This document shows, one piece after another, positions 36,975-46,934 of a stretch of 64,000 nt of DNA. Position 1 is the first letter of the stretch. Each line of letters opens with the position of its first letter. Location: contig JBBAPZ010000006.1 in the NCBI GenBank assembly GCA_040400605.1, positions 9,385 to 73,384 of the forward strand, read 5' to 3'. Under the pieces are notes generated by a model. The model searched no databases. It was not told the origin of the DNA and saw only the letters and a list, made by a program, of their open reading frames with translations. The translations under genes were made by a program, and so were the position numbers. The DNA is from Candidatus Sericytochromatia bacterium (GTDB taxonomy: Bacteria; Cyanobacteriota; Sericytochromatia; S15B-MN24; JAQBPE01).

Positions 36975-37883
36975 TTACCTCCTGCGACGAAAACGCGATA
37001 ATTCAAAACGACCCTCCAGCCTCGCCGAACGACGCTCCCTGGCGGAGCCCTTCGTTTCACCCGTTTTAGCACGGGCATCCTTGGCGGACACATCACCCTC
37101 CGCCGGATCATCCCGCAACGAGCGGAGTTTCGCAAAAATGAAGCGAATGATGCGCCCACGCAGGCCCTCTGTTATACCAACGAAGTTCACCGCAACGAAA
37201 CCCGGCGTCAGCCCCTTGCGTAAAAGCACCATGCCTTTCAGGTCAAGCCTATCCCCAGGAACATTCACCCGAAAATGGTACACACGTGGGCGCAACGGCT
37301 TGGGCAGTGCAAGCAGCATCCCGCCACCCGACAAATTCACCGTTTGCCCCACGACACTCGGCTTGCGTGCGAGGCTGTCATCATAGACCTCAACACCCAC
37401 CTTGACCATCAATCGAAAATATTGCCGCTTCTCGTCCGACACCTGACTGGCCGATTCGGTCGCAACCGATGCCGGCAGGGCGTCAACCGCCGCGTTCGAA
37501 ACGGATTCAGTGTCAGTCGTCGGTTGACCCTGCACAGCCTCACTCACGCTGGACTGGCCTTCCGCAACGACTGCCTGCACAGCAGCCGTCACGGGCACGG
37601 ACCTCGCCTCGGGCGCCACTTCAATTGCTGGCTGCCTGTACGGTACTGCCACACGCAATTCGGTGAAAGTGGCGTGCGCGCCCAAGTCAAAGTCCGCTGT
37701 CACGTCAGCACTGACTGGCACAGAGGCCCTCACGCCAACGAAGCTGCTTGCTGGCAGCTTCAGGGGGATGGTCAGTTCGAAGTGAGCCTCAGCGACGGCT
37801 GTAACCGTCGCTGAGATTCGGAGACCATCAAAGGCGATTTCCAATTCTTGTCCTGGGAAGATCGTATCGCCCAAAACACGCAC
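36975..37883 (-). CDS. PilZ domain (c-di-GMP receptor) protein
   Basis: RQYFR (RxxxR) and NLSGGG (D/NxSxxG) motifs, and the C-terminal PilZ helix R.RIIRFIF. Confidence 0.85.
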   Translation of the reverse strand: MRVLGDTIFPGQELEIAFDGLRISATVTAVAEAHFELTIPLKLPASSFVGVRASVPVSADVTADFDLGAHATFTELRVAVPYRQPAIEVAPEARSVPVTAAVQAVVAEGQSSVSEAVQGQPTTDTESVSNAAVDALPASVATESASQVSDEKRQYFRLMVKVGVEVYDDSLARKPSVVGQTVNLSGGGMLLALPKPLRPRVYHFRVNVPGDRLDLKGMVLLRKGLTPGFVAVNFVGITEGLRGRIIRFIFAKLRSLRDDPAEGDVSAKDARAKTGETKGSARERRSARLEGRFELSRFRRRR

Positions 37884-37895
37884 CTCAAGTCGTGG

Positions 37896-38906
37896 TCAGG
37901 TGACCTTTGTTGGCAAGATCAACCATTGGTTGGGGTAAACCAGATTTTTGCTGCCCAGTGACGCCCGGTTCAATGCGGCCAACTCTCTCCACCGCGATGC
38001 TTTACCCAGATGTTTCGCTGCTATCGCATACAGATTGTCGCCCGCCACAACACGGTACATCCTGTCTACCCGCTTGGCTTTCAAATTATGCGTGGTCCCG
38101 ACCGAAACCTGCACAGAGTCGGACGTGATCGCCAAAGCAGCCGGGGCATCTGGCAAAACCAAGGTTTGGCCAACCTTCAAAAGCAACCCGTTCTTCAATC
38201 GGTCGGTGTTAGCTTCGGCGAGCTCACGCCACCGCGAGCCCTTACCAAGCTGTCTGCGCGCTATCCCGTAAAGCGTATCGCCGGCTGCCACCCGGTAGAA
38301 TCGCACGCTCAGCGCATTACCATTCGTCACGCGCAGTGGCCTGGACACCGGCTCGCGCACCCCGCTTGCAGCAGGTGACACGTTGGCGACACGCTGTACC
38401 GACGCCTCGACGGCCGCAGGCGACACCTTAGCGACACGTTGCACCGGCACTTCGGTGGCCTTCGCCTTTGAGAAACGAACGGACGGGGTACGCGTGGTGT
38501 CAACCTCGGGCACTACCGGCTGATCCATCAAAACCGCCATCGACCGAGTGAAGGGGAAGGTCCGCGTGCCCGGAACAACGACAATCGGCGGAAATGCCTG
38601 CTCAGAGGCGGATGCCAGCATCACGCCGGGCTTGGTGACAGTCTGGGCGTGCGCGACAAACGGGGACAGCGTGGTAGGCAAGGTAATAAACCCGATCGCA
38701 GCCGCACGGGTGACACCTGCAAACTGCTGGCGGTGAGTTGCGGCAGAACCATTCGCCAAGCCAGTAGGAAACAGTTCACCGAGCAACTTGAGCTCACCCC
38801 TTGTCACTCTGACCCTCCCACTTTCCGCAACACGGTGCAAAAGCGCCAGTTCCGTGTTGATGTCATCTGTTGTCTGACCAGCAATCATACGTCCTGAAGC
38901 GCCCAT
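37896..38906 (-). CDS. Protein with two C-terminal LysM domains
   Basis: YRVAAGDTLYGIA...RWRELA and YRVVAGDNLYAIA...RWRELA repeats. Confidence 0.85.
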   Translation of the reverse strand: MGASGRMIAGQTTDDINTELALLHRVAESGRVRVTRGELKLLGELFPTGLANGSAATHRQQFAGVTRAAAIGFITLPTTLSPFVAHAQTVTKPGVMLASASEQAFPPIVVVPGTRTFPFTRSMAVLMDQPVVPEVDTTRTPSVRFSKAKATEVPVQRVAKVSPAAVEASVQRVANVSPAASGVREPVSRPLRVTNGNALSVRFYRVAAGDTLYGIARRQLGKGSRWRELAEANTDRLKNGLLLKVGQTLVLPDAPAALAITSDSVQVSVGTTHNLKAKRVDRMYRVVAGDNLYAIAAKHLGKASRWRELAALNRASLGSKNLVYPNQWLILPTKVT

Positions 38907-39279
38907 GTCGTCAATTTACTCCTTCGCCGCTCGTTACCGAAGTCCACCTGATTGTCTGGGCTGCGCGGGACGCCACACGCGCAATCCCGAACCGACCAGG
39001 CCCCTATGGGGACACACTGCTACGGCAACCGCCGTGAGAACAATTAAAACGGGCCGCTTACCGATATGCTGTTACGCGCGTCACCAATCTCAACACGAGC
39101 GCGCCATTAACCGCCGCGGTCTCTCCCAGGTTGGCCGTTTGACATCAATCCGAGCCTTGGCGTCGGCTGATCCGTGGACGTAACAGGCAATCCATGCGAA
39201 GATGCCTGAGGTCAATTCAGCCGGTGTCGGGTGTGCCCGGGACGGATCCGATGCCCGGTTTCAACCTGCCTAATGGGCC

Positions 39280-39360
39280 AACATTGTGACGGAGGCGGCC
39301 TTGAAAACGATGGCAGCCTGGGCCCTTTAAACAGTCGTGGCGCTCACCCTTTGGGTATTG
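39280..39360 (+). repeat. Decayed direct duplicate of the nuoA 5' end (14-codon uORF 39286-39330)
   Basis: 39286-39345 vs 39387-39446 match at 47/60 nt by manual alignment. Translation MTEAALKTMAAWAL*TVVAL vs [20 protein letters not shown]. Confidence 0.85.
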
Positions 39361-39386
39361 GTCAATCTGGAGAGTTGAAAAACATC

Positions 39387-39878
39387 ATGACAGAGGCGGT
39401 ATTAAAAACGATGGCAGGCCTGGCCCTGTTGACCGTTGTGGCGCTCGGCACCGTCTGGGTGTTGACGTTTGGCGTATTGCCTGCACTCCCCGGATTGCTG
39501 GGCGCGATCGCATCTTCCTCCTCGGAAACGTTTTTTGCGCTGTTTATCACCTTGCTGCTTGCAATCGTCCTGCCCTTCGCGATGATGGGATTGTCAGCGG
39601 TTCTTGGCCCCTACGCGCCCAATGAACGCAAGCTGGAACCGTACGAGTCAGGAATTCGGCACCCGGTGGGCGGGGCGCGAGAACGGTTTTCGATCAAATT
39701 TTACCTCGTTGCGATTCTATTCATTGTGTTCGATGTGGAAGCGGTGTTCCTGTTCCCGTGGGCAGTGAATTTTAGAGAACTTGGTGTTTACGGACTGGTT
39801 GAAATGTTTGTGTTTATTGGGGTTTTATTTGCAGGTTTCGTGTACGTGGTTAAGAAAGGGGCGTTGAAATGGGATTAA
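39387..39878 (+). CDS. nuoA: NADH-quinone oxidoreductase subunit A (extra N-terminal hydrophobic segment)
   Basis: Motifs [34 protein letters not shown] and KKGALKWD. Confidence 0.95.
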   Translation: MTEAVLKTMAGLALLTVVALGTVWVLTFGVLPALPGLLGAIASSSSETFFALFITLLLAIVLPFAMMGLSAVLGPYAPNERKLEPYESGIRHPVGGARERFSIKFYLVAILFIVFDVEAVFLFPWAVNFRELGVYGLVEMFVFIGVLFAGFVYVVKKGALKWD

Positions 39879-40360
39879 TGAAGGACGTCATTCTGACCAG
39901 CAGAGATGCCGTGTTGAGTTGGGGTCGCGAGAATTCATTGTGGCCGATTCCGTTTGGAACTGCCTGTTGCGCCATCGAGTTTATGAGCACCGTTTCTTCA
40001 GCGTACGATATCAGCCGCTTCGGCGCTGAAGTCGTGCGGTTTTCGCCGCGCCAGGCAGATTTGATGATTGTGGCGGGCACAGTGAATTATAAGCAGGCGC
40101 CGATCCTGAAACGCGTCTACGAACAGATGCCAGACCCCAAGTGGGTCATTTCGATGGGCGTGTGTGCTAGCTCAGGTGGTTTTTACGACAATTATGCAGT
40201 CGTACAGGGAATTGATGAAATCATCCCGGTCGATGTGTACATCGGCGGTTGTCCTCCGAGGCCTGAAGCGGTTTTGGATGCAATTATGAAGTTGCAGGGC
40301 AAGTTGCGCTTGCCTTCAGCGAGCGATGTTGCCAAGTTGTCTGAGCAACGGTTGGCATAG
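39869..40360 (+). CDS. nuoB: NADH-quinone oxidoreductase subunit B
   Basis: Motifs ACCAIE, SPRQAD, MG.CASSGG and GCPPRPE. Confidence 0.97.
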   Translation: MGLMKDVILTSRDAVLSWGRENSLWPIPFGTACCAIEFMSTVSSAYDISRFGAEVVRFSPRQADLMIVAGTVNYKQAPILKRVYEQMPDPKWVISMGVCASSGGFYDNYAVVQGIDEIIPVDVYIGGCPPRPEAVLDAIMKLQGKLRLPSASDVAKLSEQRLA

Positions 40361-40377
40361 GGCGAGGGGGCTTGGGG

Positions 40378-40932
40378 ATGGGTGTGTCAGCGAATGCGGT
40401 GTTGGCGAATGTCCAACGACTTTATCCGAATTTTTTTACTTTAAGTCCGACCCAGGAAGCAGTTCTGGTTGTGCCTCTGGCCAATCTCCTGGAGACGCTG
40501 ACGAAACTGAGGCAGGATCCGGATCTGAATTTCAATTTCTTGATGGACTTGACCATCATCGACTACCTGACCCATCCGGTGCCGCGCAAAACACGTTTCG
40601 AAGTCGTATATCAGCTGTTTGCCTTGGAGTCGGCAGCGCGACTGCGGGTGAAGGCAGCCGTCCAGCAAGCTGAATCGATCCAGAGCGTTACTGGGCTTTG
40701 GGCCGCGGCAGATTGGGCCGAGCGCGAGGCTTGGGAGATGTACGGGCTCAAATTTGACGGCCACACCAATTTGCGTCGGTTGCTAACGCACAAGGATTTC
40801 GTGGGTTATCCGTTGCGCAAGGACTATCCGGCCAAGAAGCGCCAGCCCTTGAATGACTCGGACACGCTACTGGAGGAGATGGAGCAACGCCTGGTGTTTA
40901 AGGGGCTTAAAACGGTGGAGGTCGAGGGATGA
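40378..40932 (+). CDS. nuoC: NADH-quinone oxidoreductase subunit C
   Basis: Motifs RFEVVY and W.EREAWEMYG..F.GH.NLRR...GYPLRKDYP. Confidence 0.96.
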   Translation: MGVSANAVLANVQRLYPNFFTLSPTQEAVLVVPLANLLETLTKLRQDPDLNFNFLMDLTIIDYLTHPVPRKTRFEVVYQLFALESAARLRVKAAVQQAESIQSVTGLWAAADWAEREAWEMYGLKFDGHTNLRRLLTHKDFVGYPLRKDYPAKKRQPLNDSDTLLEEMEQRLVFKGLKTVEVEG

Positions 40933-42173
40933 TGCGGGTACCTGGGATCGAAGACAAATCGCCTGTGCTCGCGGAAGCGGTTGTGCCGGAGTTTTACCAA
41001 GACCTGCACACTGATTTGATGTTTTTAAACGTCGGCCCTTCCCATCCTGCCAGCCACGGGACGCTGCGTACCTTTGTCGCCTTGGATGGTGAAACGATTG
41101 CTGCGGCGGTGACTGAGATAGGCTATCTGCACCGGGGTTTTGAAAAAACCTGTGAACTGAGAACATACAATCAATGCATCCCTTACACAGACCGTCTTAA
41201 CTATTGCTCGGCGATTCTCAACAACATCGGATTCGCCAAGGCGGCTGAACGTCTGATGGGCGTTGAGATCACCGATCGTTGCAAGTTTGTGCGCGTGATT
41301 GTTGGTGAAATGATGCGGGTTGTTGATCACCTCATCTGTATTGGAACCAACTTGGTAGACATAGGCGCCTTGTCCAATTTTTGGTTCTTGTACAACAAGC
41401 GTGAGCAGGTGTACACGATCCTGGAGCGCCTGACTGGTGCACGTTTAACCAACAGTTTTACGCGAATCGGTGGATTGGCACGCGATCTTTATGACGGCTT
41501 CGAGGCGGATACCCTGGCAGTACTTGCGGACATCGAGAAGGCAGCGGTGAATGTTCAGTCGTTAGTCGCCAAGAACCGAATCTTTGTTGACCGCACGCAG
41601 GGTATTTGTATATTGACGCCCGAACGCGCCATATCCTATGGCTTTACCGGCCCCAACCTGAGGGCGACCGGAGTCCCGTTGGATTTGCGCAAAACACAGC
41701 CCTATTATCATTATGATGCTTTCGATTTTGACATCGCGGTGGGTTCAAAAGGCGATACGTACGATCGCATTATGGTTCGTTTCATTGAGATTGAGCAGTC
41801 GATACGGATCATCCGTCAGGCCATAAAGATGTTGCCAGGGGGCCCGATCAATGTCGATGACAAGCGCGTGACACTGCCCGGCAAGGCGGACACTTATCAA
41901 AATATCGAGGGGTTGATCAATCACTTCAAATTGATTTTCGAAGGAGTCAAGGCCCCTGTTGGCGAAGTTTACGATGCAACTGAAGCGGCCAATGGCGAGC
42001 TTGGATTTTATATTGTTTCGGATGGCTCCGGTTATCCGTATAAGGTCAAGTGTCGACCGCCTTGTTTTTATGCTTTCAATGCGTTTCATGAAATGGTCGA
42101 AGGGCATATGATTGCTGATCTCGTAGCGACGCTCGGCTCGATCAATATCATCGCAGGCGAGTTGGAACGTTAG
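40929..42173 (+). CDS. nuoD: NADH-quinone oxidoreductase subunit D
   Basis: Motifs GPSHPASHG.LR, IGYLHRGFEK, DRLNY and NGELG; ends GELER. Confidence 0.97.
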   Translation: MMRVPGIEDKSPVLAEAVVPEFYQDLHTDLMFLNVGPSHPASHGTLRTFVALDGETIAAAVTEIGYLHRGFEKTCELRTYNQCIPYTDRLNYCSAILNNIGFAKAAERLMGVEITDRCKFVRVIVGEMMRVVDHLICIGTNLVDIGALSNFWFLYNKREQVYTILERLTGARLTNSFTRIGGLARDLYDGFEADTLAVLADIEKAAVNVQSLVAKNRIFVDRTQGICILTPERAISYGFTGPNLRATGVPLDLRKTQPYYHYDAFDFDIAVGSKGDTYDRIMVRFIEIEQSIRIIRQAIKMLPGGPINVDDKRVTLPGKADTYQNIEGLINHFKLIFEGVKAPVGEVYDATEAANGELGFYIVSDGSGYPYKVKCRPPCFYAFNAFHEMVEGHMIADLVATLGSINIIAGELER

Positions 42174-42196
42174 GTAAGGGGTTGAGAACGAATAAA

Positions 42197-42676
42197 ATGA
42201 CGCTACAGTTTTCTAACGAAACCAAGGCTACGTTCGACTGGTTGGTCAGTCGTTACCCCGAAAAGAAAGCGGCTTTATTGCCGACGTTGTGGCTAGCACA
42301 AAAGGAGTTTGGCGGCTGGTTGTCGCCGGAAGCGCTCAGCTATTGCGCCCGCCTGCTCGATTTACCGCCGTCCAAGGCGTACAGCGTGGCATCTTTTTAC
42401 ACGATGTACAATTTGCAGCCGGTTGGTCGGTACAAGCTGGAAGTTTGTCGGACCTTGTCCTGCGCGATGGCGGGGGCCTTCGACATCATTGAACACCTGG
42501 AACAAAAATTGGGCATTCCGTGTGGTGAGACCACACCGGATGGAAAATTCACGTTGGCAACCCAAGAGTGTTTGGCTTCTTGCGGTACAGGACCCGTTAT
42601 GCAGATAAACGGGGAATACTATGAGGAAAACCTGTCGGCTGCACGGGTTGATGAAATTCTGGCAAGGTTGCCCTGA
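42197..42676 (+). CDS. nuoE: NADH-quinone oxidoreductase subunit E
   Basis: VASFY motif and the 2Fe-2S ligands C....C and CLASC..GP. Confidence 0.96.
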   Translation: MTLQFSNETKATFDWLVSRYPEKKAALLPTLWLAQKEFGGWLSPEALSYCARLLDLPPSKAYSVASFYTMYNLQPVGRYKLEVCRTLSCAMAGAFDIIEHLEQKLGIPCGETTPDGKFTLATQECLASCGTGPVMQINGEYYEENLSAARVDEILARLP

Positions 42677-42689
42677 GGTACAGGAATGG

Positions 42690-44042
42690 ATGATGATCAT
42701 GTCCAATGAATTGATTTTGTCGCGAAATTGGTCCAGGGCGTATTCCTGGACAATGGCTTCCGCACTGGAAGCCGGCACCTATAAAACCGCGGCGGACGCC
42801 CTTCGTTCCGGGCGTCCGCCAGGTGAATTGCTGGACGAAGTCAAACGGTCCGGACTGCGCGGTCGAGGGGGCGCAGGCTTTCCAACCGGGATGAAGTGGG
42901 GGTTTTTGCCGAAGGACAATCCCAAACCGCGTTATCTGGTCATCAATGCAGATGAGTCAGAGCCGGGAACCTTTAAGGATCGCGCCATCCTGGAAAAAGA
43001 CCCGCACATGTTGCTGGAGGGCTGCATTCTCGCGAGCTATGCCATTGGTGCCCACGCGTGTTACATCTACGTCCGTGGTGAATTTTGGCATCAGCAGCGG
43101 ATTCTCATGCAGGCGATCGCAGACGCTTACCGCCAGGGCTTTCTGGGTGATCGCTGTTTTGGCACGGACTTCAAGCTCGACATAACGGTACACTCGGGTG
43201 CTGGTGCCTACATCTGTGGTGAAGAAACGGCCTTGCTGACAAGTTTGGAAGGTGAGCGCGGGTATCCACGTCTCAAGCCGCCTTTTCCTGCGACCCATGG
43301 TTTATTTCAGTGCCCAACCGTGGTGAACAACGTCGAGACGATCGCGAATGTGCCGTATATCATCGGGCGCGGGGCCAACGCGTTTGCTGCGTTTGGCAAA
43401 TATGAGGTAAACGCTGAAGGGCGGCCTGTGATCGATTCGCGCGGCACACGCTTGATGTGCGCCTCGGGCCATGTAAACCGGCCGGGCGTGTCGGAAATAC
43501 CGCTCGGAATTCGTTTGATTGATTACATTAACGATTACTGCGACGGTGTAAAGGATGGCAAGAAGCTAAAAGCCGTGATTCCGGGAGGTAGTAGTTGTCC
43601 GATTCTCACGGCGCAAGAGGCGGAACAGGTCGAAATGACGTACGAATCGATGGCTCGCTTCGGAACGATGTTCGGTTCAGGTGGTTTGGTCGTCTTGGAC
43701 GAGGACACGAACATGGTCTGGGCGTTGCACAATCTCTTGCGTTTTTATTCGCACGAGTCGTGCGGGCAGTGCACCCCGTGCCGTGAGGGCACAGATTGGC
43801 TTTACAAGATTTTAGGGCGTATGCTCGTAGGCAAGGGAACCGAGTCGGATCTCGCAGAGATACTTGACATTGCCGACAATATGGAAGGCAAGACGATCTG
43901 TGCGTTGGCTGCCGCGGCGACGATGCCGACACGGAGTTACATTCAGAAGTTCAGGGAAGAGTTTGTCGCACATTTCACCAAAGGTGGCGTGCCGACCGAC
44001 TCACGTGGTCGTTACCGTGTACCTGCTACGGTTCGGCAGTAG
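42690..44042 (+). CDS. nuoF: NADH-quinone oxidoreductase subunit F
   Basis: Motifs SGLRGRGGAGFPTG.KW, NADESEPGT, GAGAYICGEETAL and ESCGQCTPCREG. Confidence 0.97.
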   Translation: MMIMSNELILSRNWSRAYSWTMASALEAGTYKTAADALRSGRPPGELLDEVKRSGLRGRGGAGFPTGMKWGFLPKDNPKPRYLVINADESEPGTFKDRAILEKDPHMLLEGCILASYAIGAHACYIYVRGEFWHQQRILMQAIADAYRQGFLGDRCFGTDFKLDITVHSGAGAYICGEETALLTSLEGERGYPRLKPPFPATHGLFQCPTVVNNVETIANVPYIIGRGANAFAAFGKYEVNAEGRPVIDSRGTRLMCASGHVNRPGVSEIPLGIRLIDYINDYCDGVKDGKKLKAVIPGGSSCPILTAQEAEQVEMTYESMARFGTMFGSGGLVVLDEDTNMVWALHNLLRFYSHESCGQCTPCREGTDWLYKILGRMLVGKGTESDLAEILDIADNMEGKTICALAAAATMPTRSYIQKFREEFVAHFTKGGVPTDSRGRYRVPATVRQ

Positions 44043-44054
44043 GAGGGGGAGTCT

Positions 44055-45632
44055 GTGGCAACTTTCACATTGGATGGAAAGACGGTCTCCGCGCCGGATG
44101 GAATGAATCTGATTGAGGCGGCGGCTGCAAACGGTGTCGACATCCCACACTATTGTTATCACCCTGGACTGTCTGTCGCGGGCAACTGCAGAATGTGTCT
44201 TTGCGAAGTTGAGGGCGCCCGTGGGCCGCAGATTGCCTGTTCACAGGTGGTGCGAGATGGCCTCGTCGTAAAGACAGACACGGCCTTGGTTGAAAAGATG
44301 CGTAAAGGTGTTCAGGAATTTTTATTACTGAATCATCCGATCGACTGTCCGATCTGTGACCAGGCAGGCGAGTGCCGCTTGCAGGACTACTATATGAGTT
44401 ATGGTCAATATGATAACCGTTCCGATGTGACGAAGGTGCAAAAGCAGAAGGCTTTGGATATTGGGCCATTGGTTGTATTGGATCAGGAACGTTGCATCTT
44501 GTGCACGCGTTGTGTTCGTTTCACCAGTGAAGTGTCTCAGTCTCATGAGTTGATTGTAAGCGGTCGTGGGGATACATCCGTGATCGAGACATTTCCGGGG
44601 ATGCAACTGGACAATCCGTACTCTGGCAACGTTGTGGACATATGTCCAGTCGGCGCACTGACCAGCAAGGATTTTCGCTTCAAAATGCGCGTATGGTTCA
44701 TGAAAAGCGTAAAAAGTGTTTGTACTGGCTGTGCGCGTGGTTGCAACATCTTTTTGGATGAGAAAGATGCAGTTGTTTACCGGTACCGGCCGCGCACCAA
44801 TTTGGCAGTCAATCGGTACTGGATTTGCGATGATGGACGACTGAGTTATCGACGCATCAACGATAATCGGCTGACGTCGGCGCGTTTGCGCGGTGCAGCC
44901 GTCAGCTTCAGAGACGTTTATGACCACCTTGTTGGTTTGCTTCGTGCCGAGCGCGCGCACGGAAGTGTTGTCTTGGTGGCATCACCGCACAGCTCGCTAG
45001 AAGATAATTTCTTGCTGCGTCGTTTGGATCGTCGACACGGTCGTTCGATGTTGCGGGCGTGGGATGCGTCAGCACCGGCGACTGCCGACAACCTCTTGCG
45101 CTGTGCGGATCCGACCCCCAACCGCGCAGGATTATCGCTTTTAGATGTCGAGCCCTCCAGAGCGTCGCTTTTGGCCGCACTGGCCGGGCCTGTGCAAGTG
45201 GCAGTCTTGATGCAGAACAATCTTGCCCAAGACCCGGAGATTGCGGAACGTCTGCGGCAGCTCCCAGTCGTTGTATACCTGGGTTCTCACGACGATGAGA
45301 CCGCTGCCTTGGCCCAGGTGGTGATACCGGTCGCGACGCACGCGGAGAAATTCGGTTCGTTCGTGAATGTGGATGGTCGTGTGCAGCGTTTCTATCAGGC
45401 ATTTGAGGCGCCCGGCGACGCCATCTCTGAAAGCACGCTTCTGGCTTCACTGCTTCATGATCTTTATCAAGAGTCACGGGTGGACGATGTCGAAGAGGTT
45501 TGGGCTTTGATGCGCCAGGAAGTACCTGAGTTAGCAACGCTGTCCTGGTATGGGTTGGGTGATGAAGGTGTATTGCTTGAGTCGACGCGTGTTGCGTCTT
45601 CCGCGATGCCGAATGTGGCCTCGGGTGTATAG
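44055..45632 (+). CDS. nuoG: NADH-quinone oxidoreductase subunit G (short form)
   Basis: Motifs CYHPGL..AGNCRMC, HPIDCPICDQAGEC, CILCTRC..CPVGAL and CTGCARGC...CD.GR. Confidence 0.93.
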   Translation: MATFTLDGKTVSAPDGMNLIEAAAANGVDIPHYCYHPGLSVAGNCRMCLCEVEGARGPQIACSQVVRDGLVVKTDTALVEKMRKGVQEFLLLNHPIDCPICDQAGECRLQDYYMSYGQYDNRSDVTKVQKQKALDIGPLVVLDQERCILCTRCVRFTSEVSQSHELIVSGRGDTSVIETFPGMQLDNPYSGNVVDICPVGALTSKDFRFKMRVWFMKSVKSVCTGCARGCNIFLDEKDAVVYRYRPRTNLAVNRYWICDDGRLSYRRINDNRLTSARLRGAAVSFRDVYDHLVGLLRAERAHGSVVLVASPHSSLEDNFLLRRLDRRHGRSMLRAWDASAPATADNLLRCADPTPNRAGLSLLDVEPSRASLLAALAGPVQVAVLMQNNLAQDPEIAERLRQLPVVVYLGSHDDETAALAQVVIPVATHAEKFGSFVNVDGRVQRFYQAFEAPGDAISESTLLASLLHDLYQESRVDDVEEVWALMRQEVPELATLSWYGLGDEGVLLESTRVASSAMPNVASGV

Positions 45633-45644
45633 GGGAAATTAAAG

Positions 45645-46934
45645 ATGCATCATTGGCTGGTTCCTGTCATCGTCGTCGCCCGTTCGGCTTTGTTGGTTGG
45701 CATCATACTTGGTCTGGTACCTTTTTTGGTCTGGCTTGAGCGCAAGGGCAGCGCTTACATTCAGGATCGCCCGGGACCTGAGCGTGCGTCGATTTTCGGT
45801 CTGCGTCTGGCCGGCTTGTTGCACCTTGTTGCCGATGCGGTCAAGATGTTGAACAAGGAAGACATCATCCCAAGCGGGGTCAACCGTTTTTATTACCTGG
45901 CGGCGCCGATTATCGTCGTCGCTGTGGCGTTTACGACGGTGGCGATTCTGCCACTGTTTGACACCATTGATTTTAATCGGGTGGGCGTCAAAGGTTGGCC
46001 TGTTATTGCAGGACAGTCTCTTGACATAGACCCTGGCATACTCTGGTTTTTCGCGATCGCCTCGCTCACCGTGTACGGCATCATTTTCGCTGGCTGGGCA
46101 AGTAACAGCAAATATTCACTGTTAGGGGCCATGCGTGCGTCAGCGGCAGTGTTGAGTTACGAAATTCCGCTGGGATTGAGCGTGATCGGTGCCTTGATGG
46201 TCTATGGTACCGTCAGTTTGCCAGAGATTGTTCGTTGGCAAGGCGAACACGTGTGGGGAATTCTGGTTCAGCCACTAGGGGCTCTTATCTTTGTTGTCTG
46301 CGCGTTTGCGGAAACCAACCGTGTTCCGTTTGACTTAGCAGAATCGGAATCGGAGTTGGTTGCCGGTTACCATACTGAGTATTCGGCCATGAAGTTTGGT
46401 ATGTTTTTTCTGGCGGAGTACGGTGCCATGATTGTGTCCTCCGGCTTGGTCATCACCCTGTTTTTTGGCGGTTGGCAGGTACCTTTCCTAAGTACCCAAG
46501 CGCTGGTGACGCATGCCCAGGTCATCACCCAGTGGTCGTTGGGGGTGGCCTTTGCGGGCTCACTTGTGGCGGTTTCGGTGTTACTGGTTAACTTCACCCA
46601 ACGCTTCGGCATATGGCGTGACCTGAGGGACTATGAACCGCTTGTACTGGCAGCGCTTGTATTGGGTGGTGGGCTGACTGCCTTGGGTGGTTTGTTCGTG
46701 CTGATGGCGGTGCCCTTGCCGGTTTGGTACGGACCGATTTTTGCAGCAGTCGCCCAGTTTGGTATGTTTATGCTCAAGCTGTTGCTGGTGTGCTGGGTGT
46801 TCGTTTGGGTTCGCTGGACTTTGCCTCGGTTCCGGTATGATCAGGTGATGAATTTGGGTTGGCGCTCACTGTTACCCCTCGCGCTGGTCAACATCTTGTT
46901 GACCGGCATCGTGATCACGGTGTTTAACGTATGA
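45645..46934 (+). CDS. nuoH: NADH-quinone oxidoreductase subunit H
   Basis: Motifs ERK..AYIQDR.GP, SNSKYSLLG, ETNRVPFDLAE.ESELVAGY and R.TLPRFRYDQ. Confidence 0.96.
   Translation: MHHWLVPVIVVARSALLVGIILGLVPFLVWLERKGSAYIQDRPGPERASIFGLRLAGLLHLVADAVKMLNKEDIIPSGVNRFYYLAAPIIVVAVAFTTVAILPLFDTIDFNRVGVKGWPVIAGQSLDIDPGILWFFAIASLTVYGIIFAGWASNSKYSLLGAMRASAAVLSYEIPLGLSVIGALMVYGTVSLPEIVRWQGEHVWGILVQPLGALIFVVCAFAETNRVPFDLAESESELVAGYHTEYSAMKFGMFFLAEYGAMIVSSGLVITLFFGGWQVPFLSTQALVTHAQVITQWSLGVAFAGSLVAVSVLLVNFTQRFGIWRDLRDYEPLVLAALVLGGGLTALGGLFVLMAVPLPVWYGPIFAAVAQFGMFMLKLLLVCWVFVWVRWTLPRFRYDQVMNLGWRSLLPLALVNILLTGIVITVFNV

Noticed and set aside
39231..39386. 52-aa N-terminal extension of NuoA in the ORF track
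   Set aside because: The sequence does not look protein-like, GGAG lies upstream of ATG 39387, and the region contains the out-of-frame duplicate.
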